A stretch of DNA of 64,000 nucleotides from Octopus bimaculoides (GCF_001194135.2 NC_068982.1:73317815-73381814), one strand, 5' to 3'; counted from the first letter of the stretch, positions 14,118 to 26,992 are shown. The notes: generated by a model not told the origin, from the letters alone. Numbers and translations are program-made.

Positions 14118-14465
14118 TATTTAAGGCGATAATCTGGTAGTATCGTTAGCACGTCGGACAAAATTTTTTGCAATATTTCTTCCGGTTCCTTTCCTTCTAA
14201 GTTCAAATCCAGTCGAGGTCATCTTTGCTTCACATCTTTTCGGGACCGTTAAAATAAAGTATTATTCAAGTACTGGTTTCGATGTAATTGACTTGCTACT
14301 CCCCGTCAAAATTACTGACTTGTGCCAAAGATTAAAAAGATTTATTTTAAAGAGGTAGCGAATTGGCCGAGTGATTAAGGCTATCCGAGTTCAAATTCTA
14401 GCCCCAAATCCCTCGAACATTTCTCTCTATCTCTCTCTATATATATATCTCTCTCTCTCTATCTA

Positions 14466-14524
<59 letters not shown>

Positions 14525-16134
14525 NNNNNNNNNNNNNNNNNNNNNNNNNNNNNNNNNNNNNNNNNNNNNNNNNNNNNNNNNNNNNNNNNNNNNNNNNNNN
14601 NNNNNNNNNNNNNNNNNNNNNNNNNNNNNNNNNNNNNNNNNNNNNNNNNNNNNNNNNNNNNNNNNNNNNNNNNNNNNNNNNNNNNNNNNNNNNNNNNNNN
14701 NNNNNNNNNNNNNNNNNNNNNNNNNNNNNNNNNNNNNNNNNNNNNNNNNNNNNNNNNNNNNNNNNNNNNNNNNNNNNNNNNNNNNNNNNNNNNNNNNNNN
14801 NNNNNNNNNNNNNNNNNNNNNNNNNNNNNNNNNNNNNNNNNNNNNNNNNNNNNNNNNNNNNNNNNNNNNNNNNNNNNNNNNNNNNNNNNNNNNNNNNNNN
14901 NNNNNNNNNNNNNNNNNNNNNNNNNNNNNNNNNNNNNNNNNNNNNNNNNNNNNTATATACACGACGGGCTTCTTTCAGTTTCCGTCTACCAAATCCACTC
15001 ACAAGGCTTTGGTCAGCCCATGGCTATAGTAGAAGACACTTGCCCTAGTTGTTACTTAGCGGGACTGAACCCGGAACCATGTGGTTGGAGACCAAGCTTC
15101 TTACCACATAGCCACGCCTGGGAAATGGAGGAACATTTCTTAAAAAGTGGTTTCAGTTATTTGCCTATCTGTTACTTGTATGTCTGGAGAAAAAGTATGC
15201 CAGCTGCCAAGGAGAAGTAGTATAGAACTAATGTGGCTCCAATAAGTCAAGTGGCTTGAAGTACCATAGGGTCCAGCTGGTGTGAGTGGGGAGGATGTTG
15301 CAAAGAACGTGGATGTGTGGTGGGTTGCAGTTATTGGAAAACCTAAGAGGTTACAGTTTGGGTGTCAGGAGAGGTCAAGAATTCTAAGAAGTATGAATGC
15401 ATTCTTCACGGTTCAGCTGAATCAAGTCTCAGCTCATTACAGAGTTAGAAGTTTCTAAAAATGTAGTGTTGTGAAACAGAAAAAAGGTTATAAAACATGT
15501 ATTAAATTAGATTTGAATACATTTAAGTTTTTTGAGAACTAACCAAGAAAGAGAGAGAGAGGAAAAAAAAGAAGACGTGTATACGTCGCAGAGATATAAT
15601 GCATATGTCAAAATTTAGCGAGTTTGAAACATAAAATAGTTTCGCCGAGTTGAAAAACAATACAGAGAAAGAAAATGAAAAAAAAAGTTTAAACAGAGAA
15701 AGAAAATAGTAATATTGAACGAGTTTAAATAGGGGAAATAACGTGTGAAAAGGGAATTATTGAAGTGAAACGATATCACAGTGTTTACGCACACAAAAGG
15801 AAATAAAAACTGTATTTTTTAGATATAAAAAAAATAGACTGACTTATAGAAGCATTAGCAATGTAAGCAAACTAATATTTTGAAAAATAAAATTATAATA
15901 TTGAAGTTGAGTTATAATATTATATTGAAATATATGTGTATATATGTATAAACACAAGCAACTACAATAAAATAGATACAGATGAAAATATGAAATAGTT
16001 TCGCCACCTATTTCGTTTGATGTTTTAATTCAGCTAGAATGCGTTTCAATTGTATATAGGAAATCAGTTTCAAGTGTAGATTCAGTTTAACTTATATAGC
16101 TACAATTTCGTATGTGTGTGGTAGGGTGGTATAA

Positions 16135-16183
<49 letters not shown>

Positions 16184-16320
16184 NNNNNNNNNNNNNNNNN
16201 NNNNNNNNNNNNNNNNNNNNNNNNNNNNNNNNNNNNNNNNNNNNNNNNNNNNNNNNNNNNNNNNNNNNNNNNNNNNNNNNNNNNNNNNNNNNNNNNNNNN
16301 NNNNNNNNNNNNNNNNNNNN

Positions 16321-16373
<53 letters not shown>

Positions 16374-16399
16374 CACACATTTATAAATCAATAGTCTAT

Positions 16400-16830
16400 C
16401 AAATTACTCTCGGAGACAAGGTTAGAACCCTTAATGTTGTTCAATCGCATTCCAGGATCTCAGAACAGTTGCTGGATATGTCTGTGAAAAATACCGGGAA
16501 ATTTGCCAGGGAAGAAACTTCTCAGAAGATGACACAGAATGGAACGGCCTCTTGGAATAGACTGCAATAACGAATTCTCCAGGCAAGAAGAGTATCTTTG
16601 CTATTATTAGCTTTGGTAGTTCATCATCCAATGCTTAGTCATAATCTCGAGGACAGTATGACAGAAGACATGCTGTAGCAAGCAAACAAGAATAAAAAGA
16701 AAAACACAGTCCAAGTATACCTCTGCCACACAACCAAACACTGATGCTCATTAAAAATACTGTACAGTCCATGACTGGCGAGAATCTTTCACAGTGGGGA
16801 CTGCTAGCTCCGGTACAAACTGAAGTTGCA
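16400..16830 (+). pseudogene. Helitron Rep/Helicase remnant (upstream part)
   Basis: VAGYVCEKYREICQGRNFSEDDTEW, DSMTEDML and GENLSQWGLLAP resemble the Helitron region just before the PIF1 helicase. Confidence 0.6.
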
Positions 16831-16834
16831 ATTC

Positions 16835-18550
16835 TCAATTAAGAGATTTTACGTGAATGTGTGTCTGTGCTTGTCTGTCTGTCTGTCATTCAAATTTTAC
16901 ACATGCCTTACTTCCGGTCCATGTAGTGTCATAGACCAAACAAATTTTTAACTTCTTGCTTAGTGTTATACAATTTCATGGACCAAAATTACTGAATGGA
17001 TCCTTATGATATTTGGAATTTAGATTCAATGCATAAGGGCGGGTATAATGCAATATGTTTGGTTTGAATTTGAGATGGCTTAAAATTCATAAATTTTCGA
17101 TGTTGATGAAATTTCAACCATGGGTAATTGGCATACATCAAGAATTATTCTCTCTAAGTTTCCACTTCTCATGAGGATTCTAAGATCTCCTAATGGGGGC
17201 CTTAACTCTCAAATTTTTGTCATTTTTTATTATCCAAAACTAGGTCAAAAGTACTGAATGGATCTTTATGAAATTTGGAAATTATATTCTATGCATAAGG
17301 GCCATAACCCCCATGAAAATTCATATATTTTTGCTGTTGGTGAAATTTTAACCATAGATATTAGACACAAATGAAGTAATATTTCTAAAATTTCATCTTC
17401 TTAGAAGTTAGAAAGACCCCTTCATGGGGACTTAACACCCACAATTTAGTCATTTTATCTAAGCAAAGACGAATACAGTTGTACTCTTGGAAGCTGTAGG
17501 GTCATCCGAGTATAAAGGATGAGCATTATTTGTAATTCAATGGTACAACAGTGTAAGAGTTTGCTTTGAGATATACTTAGATTGTGATTTCTGCAAAGTG
17601 GTGCATAAATTGTCAAGTAAANNNNNNNNNNACTTAGATTGTGATTTCTGCAAAGTGGTGCATAAATTGTCAAGTAAATGAGAGGCATCTTTGCCTCCAC
17701 TGATTCAGTTGCAAAGTGTTGAGTAAAGTTATTTAGTTGCAGACCTTATTCGAGTCCTTTTATCACTGGGTCACATATAGTCCCCAGATGGTAACATTGA
17801 TTTCAAGGCCTTCCCAGATGAGTGACTGGTTATTCAAAGACATTTATAGATTGTAAATTTATTCTGTCCAGTTACCTATCGGTATAGTGGTCATTTGCAA
17901 ACTCCTGAGGTGACACTTCCATTTCTCCTTAGCCCTCACGTCACACAGTTATTAATGTTTATTTGAGTTGGGTCATGCCCTTCCAATTGCTATAGATCCA
18001 TAATGCATCTTACGGCTGTGCCTGTCATCTGTATGGTGAGGAACCCTACATTGGGGAGTGGTAACGACTAGGGTAGCTGACTGCTTATTGTGTCGTCTTT
18101 TGGTTTCCTGTAGCTTTGCTCTCTTTCACAAACCCAGTGAACATACATATATTTCCTATTTCAAAGAAATTCAAACAATAGATTTAAGACCCACGTTAAA
18201 AAGATTCTCAACAATTCAACTTCTCTGGTTGACATTAAGACATCCACCCCCAATAGGGGCCTTAGCTTCCACATTTTAGAGTTCCGTGACCTCCATTTTT
18301 CAGGAGCAAAATCCTTTTAACAGGTTCCATAAGACTGGAATTTTGGAATCTGCGCACAAAGATCAGTAGTATTGGCTACATGTGTCATGATTAGAATTTT
18401 TTAGGGTGTGTAAAGAGGGAAAGAACCCTCATCTGCAATTTTGATGAAATTCGATTCATAGGTATTCCAGTTGATTAGAGAAAATATAACAGAAAAGGCT
18501 AATTTTTCAATTGCATGTAACACGGGCAACGCCGGGTATCTCTGCTAATA
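16835..18550 (+). mobile_element. Non-autonomous Helitron nested in the Helitron ORF remnant
   Basis: 5' (TGTC)n tract, two diverged internal repeats of about 230 bp (16975-17225, 17245-17455), and a 3' hairpin cgggcaacgccggg followed by CTAAT (degenerate CTAG|T) at about 18525-18550. The 5' boundary is approximate. Confidence 0.6.
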
Positions 18551-18599
18551 TTTAATAACTAGGGCAGCATATTTTCCAAAATGAATTACTCTTGGTTCT

Positions 18600-19330
18600 A
18601 GATAATAATAAAAACTTGTACAAGGATCAAAAAATTGATGACATCTAACTCAAGTGAAACGGTTTTTTACTTGTTTCTGGTTGTATAGGTAAAACTTTTT
18701 TGGTCAACCTAATTTTGGTGAAAAGCTCATTCGTACAATAAGATTACTATTGCAATGGCATTGCCTGGAATTCCAGCAAATTTGTTTTCAAGTGGTTGAA
18801 CTACTCATTCTTCTTTTAAAATAACATTCAATCAAGTACAATGTCTTGAATACAATATTGGCACAGAATCCAAAGAGGGTTCTGAAACAGGTCGATTTAA
18901 AAGTATAGGGTGTCCACACAATTACATAATGTCTAATAGACTTCCTGGTCACACCTTACAATATATCTCAGAAGAAACACTAATATCGTGTGTTGAGACG
19001 ATTTCAGGCAAGTTTGTGGGTTATTCGAACAAGTACATCTACTGATGAATTGAGGATATAACTGAGTGTTAAAAATTTCATCCTTCTACCATCGTAAGAG
19101 ACGGATACACTTAATAGAAATGCCACAGCAACCCAGTTTTGCTTCAAATGAACCATGTTCAGTTACCAGATAACATACAATGGAGATGCCACTGTGGAGC
19201 AATTATCAATACATTTCAAGAAATATGATTAGAAGTTTATCCTAGCCTTTCACAGAATTATAGAAGCTATGACTGGCTTTCTGAACACGCCATTCTAGCT
19301 CCCATAAGTGACATTCAACATTTATCAGAC
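18600..19330 (+). pseudogene. Helitron PIF1-type helicase remnant
   Basis: Walker A-like GCIGKTFLVNLIL (about 18680-18720), GIPANLFSSG*TTHSSFK, DDFRQV (GDFRQ-like, about 18997) and VYPSLSQNYRSYDWLSEHAILAP (19235-19303). Confidence 0.75.
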
Positions 19331-20579
19331 CAATTCCAATGGTACGAGATTATACAGGGTGACATATTATTAGTCAACAGACATCCAAGAGCTCGGAGTG
19401 AGAGACTCCTGATCCTTATTTAGATATCCCTCAAGAAGAAAAGCTGGTGTATCACCTGCAACTTCATCTACATCCAATGATGTAGACCAGTTCATCATTT
19501 TGGGGTAAAATCATACGTTGTTTTGAGAGGAAGATTAGTCCTGTGCAAGCCCTTTCCTCACTTTATATAGTATCAGGCAATGATTTTTAACATTTCTGTT
19601 ATGTATAACATACTAGGAATGTCCGTAGCCGAAAAGGGCAAAACACTCAACGAAAAGTCCTGTGATAGAATGAAAGCATGTATCAGCGTGAGTGGAAACT
19701 CTGTGAACACCTGTTGCAAGAGGTGCCCATCGTTTCCACATCTATGCAAAAGTGTGTAATTGAACTGAAATGCCACATCCGTGTGGTTCATGATTAAGAG
19801 TAAAAAATCAAGCGATGGCATTGCCCAAAATCGAGATGCAGGCCATCATCTATGTACGTACGTATGTATGTATGTAGGTGCGCGTGTGTATGTGTATGTA
19901 TGTGTATGTATGAGTGGAGACATGATGGTGGTTGGTTTATCAATCAACGACAAAATGTAAACCTAATTTTACCAAATGGATGTGTTGGTACTTATCCATT
20001 CGTTCTACTTTGAACTTAAGAATATTTCTTTGATTTCTTTAAAAGCTTGGTTTAATTTCACGCGTGATTGATTTCGGTCAGCAGAAACCAATAACTACTG
20101 GATTGAATTGAAATTTTTATTTTACTAGGAAATTTTCCACGCTTTTCAGTTTTGTTTGTGTGGTGCAAAAACAGCCATCTTCACTCTTCACACCATCCAC
20201 ATCTACGTCTCGACAACCTACACAACTTATCTTCTTCTTCTTCTTCTTCTTCTTCTTCTTCTTTTTCTTCCTTTTCTTCTTCTTCCTCTCCTCCTCCTCT
20301 TTCTTCGTTTTCTTCCTCTTCTTCCACCTTCTCTTTCTTTTGTCTTTTTCTTCCTCTCTCCTCCCCCTCCATTTTGTCTTCTTCTTCTCCTCCTCCTTCC
20401 CCTTCTCCTCCACTATTTCTACTACTTCTTCATGTTCTTACTCACCTCTTCTTTTTCTTCTTCATCTTCCTCCCCGTCTCATCCCCTTATTTTCTTCTTC
20501 CTTCTCTTTTTCCTCCTCTTCTTCCTTTACTTCCTCTTCCTTTCTTATTCTTTCTTTTCTCCTTTCCCTTCTTTATATT

Positions 20580-20750
20580 TTCTCAAAATCTAATCACTTC
20601 GTGCCAGTCACGAGGCCAAACATCCCTGAAAGTTTCATCCGAATCCATCCAGCAGTTCTGGAGATATCTTGTCCACGGACAACCAAACAAACAAACAAAC
20701 ACGACTGAAAACAATACTTCCGCCTTCGCTAAGTCGGGGGTAATTAAGAT
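20580..20750 (-). mobile_element. DINE-1/HINE-like (Helentron-associated) element 5' part
   Basis: Minus strand ttaattacccccgac..gtattgttttcagtcgtgtttgtttgtttg..ggatggattcggatgaaactttcagg shows the typical T-rich end, microsatellite and core. Confidence 0.5.
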
Positions 20751-21276
20751 AAAATATGAAAAATAAAAGGACATCAAATAGAAAGAAAATAAATAAATAA
20801 AATATAGGCTCAGGAGTGCCTGTGTGGTAAGAAGCTTGCTTCTCAACAACATGGTTCCGGGTTCAGTCCTATTGCATGGCACTTTGAGCAAGTGTCTTCT
20901 ACTATAGTTTCAGGCCGACCAAAGCCATATGTATTGAATTTTGTGAATCTCTGAAGAGGCCTAGCGAATCATGCATGTACCCCCATTACATCATTTTCAT
21001 CTGCTAATTACTACGGCGCACAGGAGCTATAGAGATAGAATGGGGCATGCCAACACTAGGCCAAAACAGCTGTAAGTTTCTGTATATTCTCCAATTGCTA
21101 AATGAACTTTATATTTGTAACCTTAATTGTTAATATGACATGGTATGTCATAAGCATTTGTATATTGTGGTTTTTGTCATTTTAGTTGTAAAATAAACAA
21201 ATTAATCAACGGAATACACTGTCTGTCACTTCTCTTTCGACTTAAATTTTAAATTAATAGTAAACATCGCATTAAT

Positions 21277-21500
21277 GCTGCGAGCTGGCAGAATCGGTAG
21301 CGCGCCGGACAAAATGCTTAGCAGCATTTCATCCATCTTTACGTTCTAAGTTCAAATTCCGCCGAGGTCGGCTTTACCTTTCATCCTTTTGGAGGCCGAT
21401 AAAATAAGTACCAATCGAGCACTGAGGTAAATGTAATCCATTTACACCCTCCCCCGCCCCCTAGATTACTGGCCTTGTGCCAAAATTTGAAACCAACATT
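21277..21500 (+). mobile_element. tRNA-derived SINE family A
   Basis: gcgagctggcagaatcg..AGTTCAAATTCC..aagtacca..ggccttgtgcc. Other copies at about 960-1075(-), 1170-1366(-), 6820-6915(-), 13690-13880(+), 14124-14345(+), 24555-24650(+), 25515-25650(-), 25655-25875(-), 38845-38930(-) and 43394-43585(+). Confidence 0.88.
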
Positions 21501-21559
21501 AAATATTGCAGTGAGAGGTCACAGCTGCAATACTACAGAAATGTGATTAGATCGCAAGA

Positions 21560-21810
21560 CAGATTCTTCAAACTAAGCCAACTGACAGGAAACCAAGGAA
21601 AGACCAAGAAAGAGATGGTTGGATAATATTCATAGTCTCAATCGATCACGCTTGGGAATCCAGTAGGAAAATGTAATGACGGTTGCTTCGGGTAGGACCC
21701 TGTAGAAGAGGGTCCTGAGGAGTTTGCTGCCTATAGCCCTCGCAGAGATAGTGGTCGGAGAAAATGAATGCATGAATGGATGGATGGATTGACTGATTGA
21801 TTGATTCATT
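21560..21810 (+). mobile_element. 3' end of a different RTE-like LINE
   Basis: RPRKRWLDNI-type C-terminus followed by a (GAAT/GGAT/GATT)n tail. Confidence 0.55.
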
Positions 21811-23068
21811 CATTCATTCCTTCATTAAATAGATGACGTTGCTCTTTAAAACATCCGGCAAATTTTTGCTACAGTTAAATTTTGAAGTTATTCACGTCTT
21901 TGATTTTCTTTCTTTTCAAATTGTTCCAATTCTGCAATTGTATCGAAGCAGGCATATCCAGTTAACAGCCTTGTAACACGTGATTATTCTTCATCAGAAG
22001 GTTGCTCAGCTAGTTTGTTTATGTAAAATACAGCCTTGAGGTCAAGGAGACGAGAATGGTGGGTAACGCTTAGAAAATGTCTTGAAGGATGGAGAACAGA
22101 GAGGCAGAGAATTTGTGACTGGTCAGCTACGGGACCAGGGTAAAAAAGGATAGAAAAGGGGAACTGGCCACGAGCCACGTGACATCAGCAGGCAGAGGAG
22201 AAAGACAGAAAGAGAGAGCGACAGGGAAAAAAGAGATGAAGGGAAAGGAAAAAGGTGTTGGTCTGTTTATGTTCCCGTAACATAGCGGTCCGGCAAAGAG
22301 TGACCGATAGAATAAGTACCCAGCTTTAAAAAAATAAGTCCTGAGGCCAATTTGTTCTACTAAAACCCTTCAAGGTAGTGCCCCAGCATGGCTGCAGTCA
22401 AATGACAGAAACAAGTAAAAAATACATACATACATACATACATACATACATACAAACATACATACATACATACATACATACAAACATACATACATACATA
22501 CATACATACATGTAGGCTAATCTGTAGAGGATGTCTGTAAGCAACGACATTCAGTAAACAAAATCAAAGGGGCTACAGAGTAACACAATACTGCTATCAT
22601 GCAATTAACAAATAAATCATCATTTTACATAAGTGACTACTAAGATGAATTAAGCCGACTTAATTACCTTTCAATGGTATATTTAATAGCCATAAAACAA
22701 TACACCTTAGAATTTTTGTAGACATTCGGGGTTCCACATGTATAGTTTAAATAATTCTTTCTGGTCCAGTGAAGTAGCCTGTGATTAGTAGGACTAATTA
22801 AACTGGCTTAATTATCGTTTTATAGCATATGTTATAATATATTTTACAAACAATAAAGCACCATGCTTTAGAAATTTTGTCGGCATTCAGGGAGTCCAAT
22901 ATGTTCTCTATGTGGCCTGCTCTGTTTTGTACTGGAGGTCATTGTTTCGTACAGATTCTGTAGTTTTACCAGTATACTAGACTACCCGTGACCCGTTGGG
23001 TCACCTGGAAAGTTTGAGTTTCCCATCAACGGAATTTTGTCTCGTGGGTTTTTTTTTTTCTTTTCCAG

Positions 23069-23183
23069 CTTATTTCGCATGCCTTCAACGAATGTGACAT
23101 CGAAATCACGCGTAAATGGCTCTTTTCCCAGAAAAGGAAAGATTTGGCTGTTATTTCTTGCACACACTGCTACCACATAACAG
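23069..23183 (+). other. Candidate 115-nt exon (low confidence, lies inside a probable Helitron)
   Basis: Acceptor ttttttttttcttttccag| and donor CAG|gtattt. One frame is open throughout (LISHAFNECDIEITRKWLFSQKRKDLAVISCTHCYHIT). Confidence 0.25.
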
Positions 23184-23256
23184 GTATTTCGGGTCTTTCG
23201 TCGCAAATAGCGGTTATGTGGTAGCAGGGTGTGCTAGAAATAGCAGCCAAATCTTT
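23138..23256. repeat. 119-nt hairpin (44-bp stem)
   Basis: aaagatttggctgttatttcttgcacacactgctaccacataac pairs with gttatgtggtagcagggtgtgctagaaatagcagccaaatcttt. Three differences, one of which forms a G-U pair on the plus strand. Confidence 0.92.
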
Positions 23257-23384
23257 GGAGCTGAGATACGTTGAATGCACTCCAAAAAATTCTTGCAACG
23301 GTATTTCCTTGGGGCGATCTTTCGCTTTGACTCTTAGAACAGTCACTTTGACTCTCAGAACTGTCATCCGGATCAGCTGGTTTT

Positions 23385-23562
23385 GTTCGTTAATTTTCGT
23401 AAAAAATTTTTTATTTACTTTTGTTTTTAAAGTGAAAGAGAGGAGAATGTGAAAGATGTATGAACGTGTAAATGAAATGGACATGTGTGTGTGTGTCTAT
23501 GTATATGTGTGTGAGAGGGAGAGAGAGTGCCACTTACACATACATGAGAACACACCCAATCA

Positions 23563-23593
<31 letters not shown>

Positions 23594-23843
23594 ATACACA
23601 CACACACACACATGCACACGTACATACAAAAAAGATGTACGCATATGTATTGATGTACGTACGTATACATGACAATACACCCTTTCACCTACTCTCTGTC
23701 TCTCTCTCCTTTTCACTCTCTCTCTCCTTTCCACTCTCTCTCTCTCTTCTATCTCTCTTCCTCTTTTTCTCTCTTTCACACTTTCTCCTCTCTTTCACTT
23801 TAAAACAAAAATAAATAAATAAATTTTACGGAAATTAACGAAC
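23385..23843. mobile_element. Foldback module with long imperfect inverted arms and a microsatellite interior (copy 1)
   Basis: gttcgttaatttt..ttaaagtgaaagagaggagaa pairs with ttctcctctctttcactttaaaac..aaattaacgaac. Confidence 0.75.
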
Positions 23844-24483
23844 TTCGGATAACAAGCGAAATATCTCCATTAACTTGAAAATAATTCTAAAAAAACACTA
23901 AAATATTGTCTGTTTAAAGAAAGCTAAAATATAAATACTTACTGTGCTAACAACTTACATTTTTGAAGTCATATTCAGTTAAAATATTTCTAAATGGTTA
24001 AAATATTGTGTACGTCAAAAAGTCGACGGTTTTTTACTTCTCAGAGAACGCGAAGACTACGTGTGTGTATTTGTCACAGATAGTGTACGTGTGTTTGTGT
24101 TGATTGACACGCCATGACATTCATTATATGTGTGTGTATTCTGTACGTGTGTATGTGTTGACAGCACGGAAGCCATGTTTTTTTCATCAAGAAATAACAA
24201 ACAAAATTATGTTTAATCGTTTTCATTAATAAATAGAGGTCTAGATATCACAAAAAGTTACACTGTACTGCCGAAGGTAAGTATGAAAATAATATGCAAA
24301 AAAATTAAGACAAAACATACTATTTCTGAGATATTTCGGGTACACATAAACATCTCTAGAGTTTTAGTATTATCAAGATGTGAATGTGTTTCTACGTGCA
24401 TGAGTGTATGTATGTTTGTGTGTTACATGTGTGTGTGTGTGCATGTGTGTGTGTGCATGTATCTGTGTATGTGTGTGCATGTA

Positions 24484-24530
<47 letters not shown>

Positions 24531-24934
24531 GTGTGCGTGTGTGTGTGTGTGTGTCTAAATTGCGCTGAGGTCGACTACACCTTTTGTCCTTTCAGAGTCG
24601 GTAAAATAAAGTACCAGTCAAGTACTGGAGTCGATGGTATCGACTTACTCCTTGCCACCACTTCTATCATTGACGCGTTTCATAAAAGACACTGGTAGTT
24701 TAAATAAACTGACCGTCTTCTCTGGGAATCGAAGCCAATTTTGCATTCTGGGAAAATTCTCTCACTGCACCAGGAAATTTATCGTTTGTGTGGTATAGGA
24801 AGATCCGATTATGGTTGTTTGTGACATTCTGAAGATCGTATAAACGACAAATCGAAGTGTTGTTTCACCAAACTGCTTCGACTGTTTGTATAAAATTAGA
24901 TCAGTTTAATTCAGAAGAGTTGTTTGGTATGAAG

Positions 24935-25082
24935 ATACCGTGGCCTAGTGGTTAGAGATGTTGGAATTATGATTGTAAGGCCATGGTTCGATTCTTAGAT
25001 TGGGTATCGCGTTATGTTTTTGAGCAAGGCAACTCATTTGCCGTTGCTCCAGTCTCCTCAGCTGTAAATGAGTACCAGCCGA
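24935..25082 (+). mobile_element. tRNA-headed SINE family D with a CORE-like central domain
   Basis: gtggcctagtggttaga..ggttcgattc..ttgagcaaggcaact..cagctgtaaatgagtacc. Related pieces at about 9885-9935 and 61140-61235. Confidence 0.65.
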
Positions 25083-26992
25083 CCTGACCTGCTAGCATAT
25101 CTTGCCCCCACCCTTTCTCTTTCTCTCTCTCTCCACCCCACCTCCAGCTGTCACATGCTCCATGTCCCACTGGCGACTGCACAGGCACCCAAAACAATAA
25201 GCGAAAGCGTGGTATAAGCCACCACTTCATACTCGCTTGCTAGTGACGACTGGACGATATTCCTTAGGTTGTTTTTTGCTTATCATGTTTGATGATAGAA
25301 TAGAGTACTGCCGTATATGTTAATAAAATGAGAGAAGCTGAATTCGCAATCAGGTACCGTGTGGAAACCATTTCCTTTCTTTCTTATATCACTAAATCTC
25401 TTGACAAATGAATCTACGTTACAACTTCTTATTCCCTTCTAAACACCACAGGATGTCCTCTAGATTCCTAGAAATCTGAGACTGTGTCTATAGAATACTT
25501 TCAAATTTTGCTACAAGACCAGCCATTTCGGTGAGAGTAGGTGAATCGAAAGGTAAAGTTCATTTCGGCAGGATCTGAACTCAGAACGTAAAGAGCAAGA
25601 AGAAATGCAGTTATGCGTTTTGTCCAATGCACTATTCTCACAGCTCACCGCCTTTAATGGCTTCAAATTTTGGTGGAAATCCATCGATTTTTTAGTGTGA
25701 GTAGCTAAGTCGATTAGGTCGACCCCAATGCTCAACTGGTACTTTATTTTATCGAACCTGAAACGATGAAAGGCAAAAATCGACCTTGGTGGCATTTTAG
25801 CTCAGAACGTACGACCGAAAGAAGTACTGCTATGCACTTTGTCCGACGCGCTAACGATTCTGCCAGCTCGCCACCTACTTGTGTCTATATATTGATGTGG
25901 CGTTGATTTTTCAGAATTACCAAAACAAAGGTCGTTAAACACAAACAGGCTTCTCTGTGTTTTGTTAATTAGCTAATTAGCTATTGGTTTCAAATTAGCT
26001 ATTGGTTTCTAATTACCAAATTCACTTAGGCTGAAGTGAAATGGCAGATACGTTATTACTGTTATTNNNNNNNNNNNNNNNNNNNNNNNNNNNNNNNNNN
26101 NNNNNNNNNNNNNNNNNNNNNNNNNNNNNNNNNNNNNNNNNNNNNNNNNNNNNNNNNNNNNNNNNNNNNNNNNNNNNNNNNNNNNNNNNNNNNNNNNNNN
26201 NNNNNNNNNNNNNNNNNNNNNNNNNNNNNNNNNNNNNNNNNNNNNNNNNNNNNNNNNNNNNNNNNNNNNNNNNNNNNNNNNNNNNNNNNNNNNNNNNNNN
26301 NNNNNNNNNNNNNNNNNNNNNNNNNNNNNNNNNNNNNNNNNNNNNNNNNNNNNNNNNNNNNNNNNNNNNNNNNNNNNNNNNNNNNNNNNNNNNNNNNNNN
26401 NNNNNNNNNNNNNNNNNNNNNNNNNNNNNNNNNNNNNNNNNNNNNNNNNNNNNNNNNNNNNNNNNNNNNNNNNNNNNNNNNNNNNNNNNNNNNNNNNNNN
26501 NNNNNNNNNNNNNNNNNNNNNNNNNNNNNNNNGTGGTGGTGGTGGTGGTGGTTGTGGACTCTTTTGCTGCTACTGCTGTTGCTGTTGTTTTTAGGTGGTG
26601 GGTGCCTGTATGGAAATAGAGTTTCGTTTGAAATAGATTGTTACGTACCAACTGTCAAACTGTCATATACACAACCAGGGCCGCTGCTACACACAGAATG
26701 AGACGTGTTGGCGCAGTTGTTTGGGTGCTGACGATTTGGCACGGCTGAGAGTCACCGTTTTGGCATCAGTACTTTTAGACGCTAGAGGCGCGTAGAAATA
26801 TACACACATAGAAAGAATGTATGTGTGTGTGTGAGAGAGAGGGGGTCGAGAGAACAAGAAAGACATTAGAACGAGAAAAACATTAAAACAAAAAATTAAA
26901 ACCTCTGGTGTCAAATAAGTCAGCATCGACCCAGCAACGACAAATAAGCGTCAATAAAATGGCTGTACCAAAACTTCTCATACACTGCTACA

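Larger units (their letters stand above)
22977..24248 (-). mobile_element. Probable non-autonomous Helitron containing a foldback module
   Basis: On the minus strand the 3' terminus reads gtgacccaacgggtcac (hairpin), short spacer, CTAG|T at 22977. A possible A|TC 5' end lies near 24248 (uncertain). Confidence 0.45.

Noticed and set aside
17576-17677. Direct repeat of about 46 bp around a 10-N gap (same pattern at 56115-56220)
   Set aside because: Assembly artefact, not a biological repeat or TSD.
20117-20766. Long poly-Ser/Phe/Leu/Glu/Lys ORFs
   Set aside because: Translations of a (CTT)n/pyrimidine tract; no domain content.
25290-25355. Possible plus-strand exon ending CAG|gtaccg
   Set aside because: Stops in all three frames and a weak acceptor.
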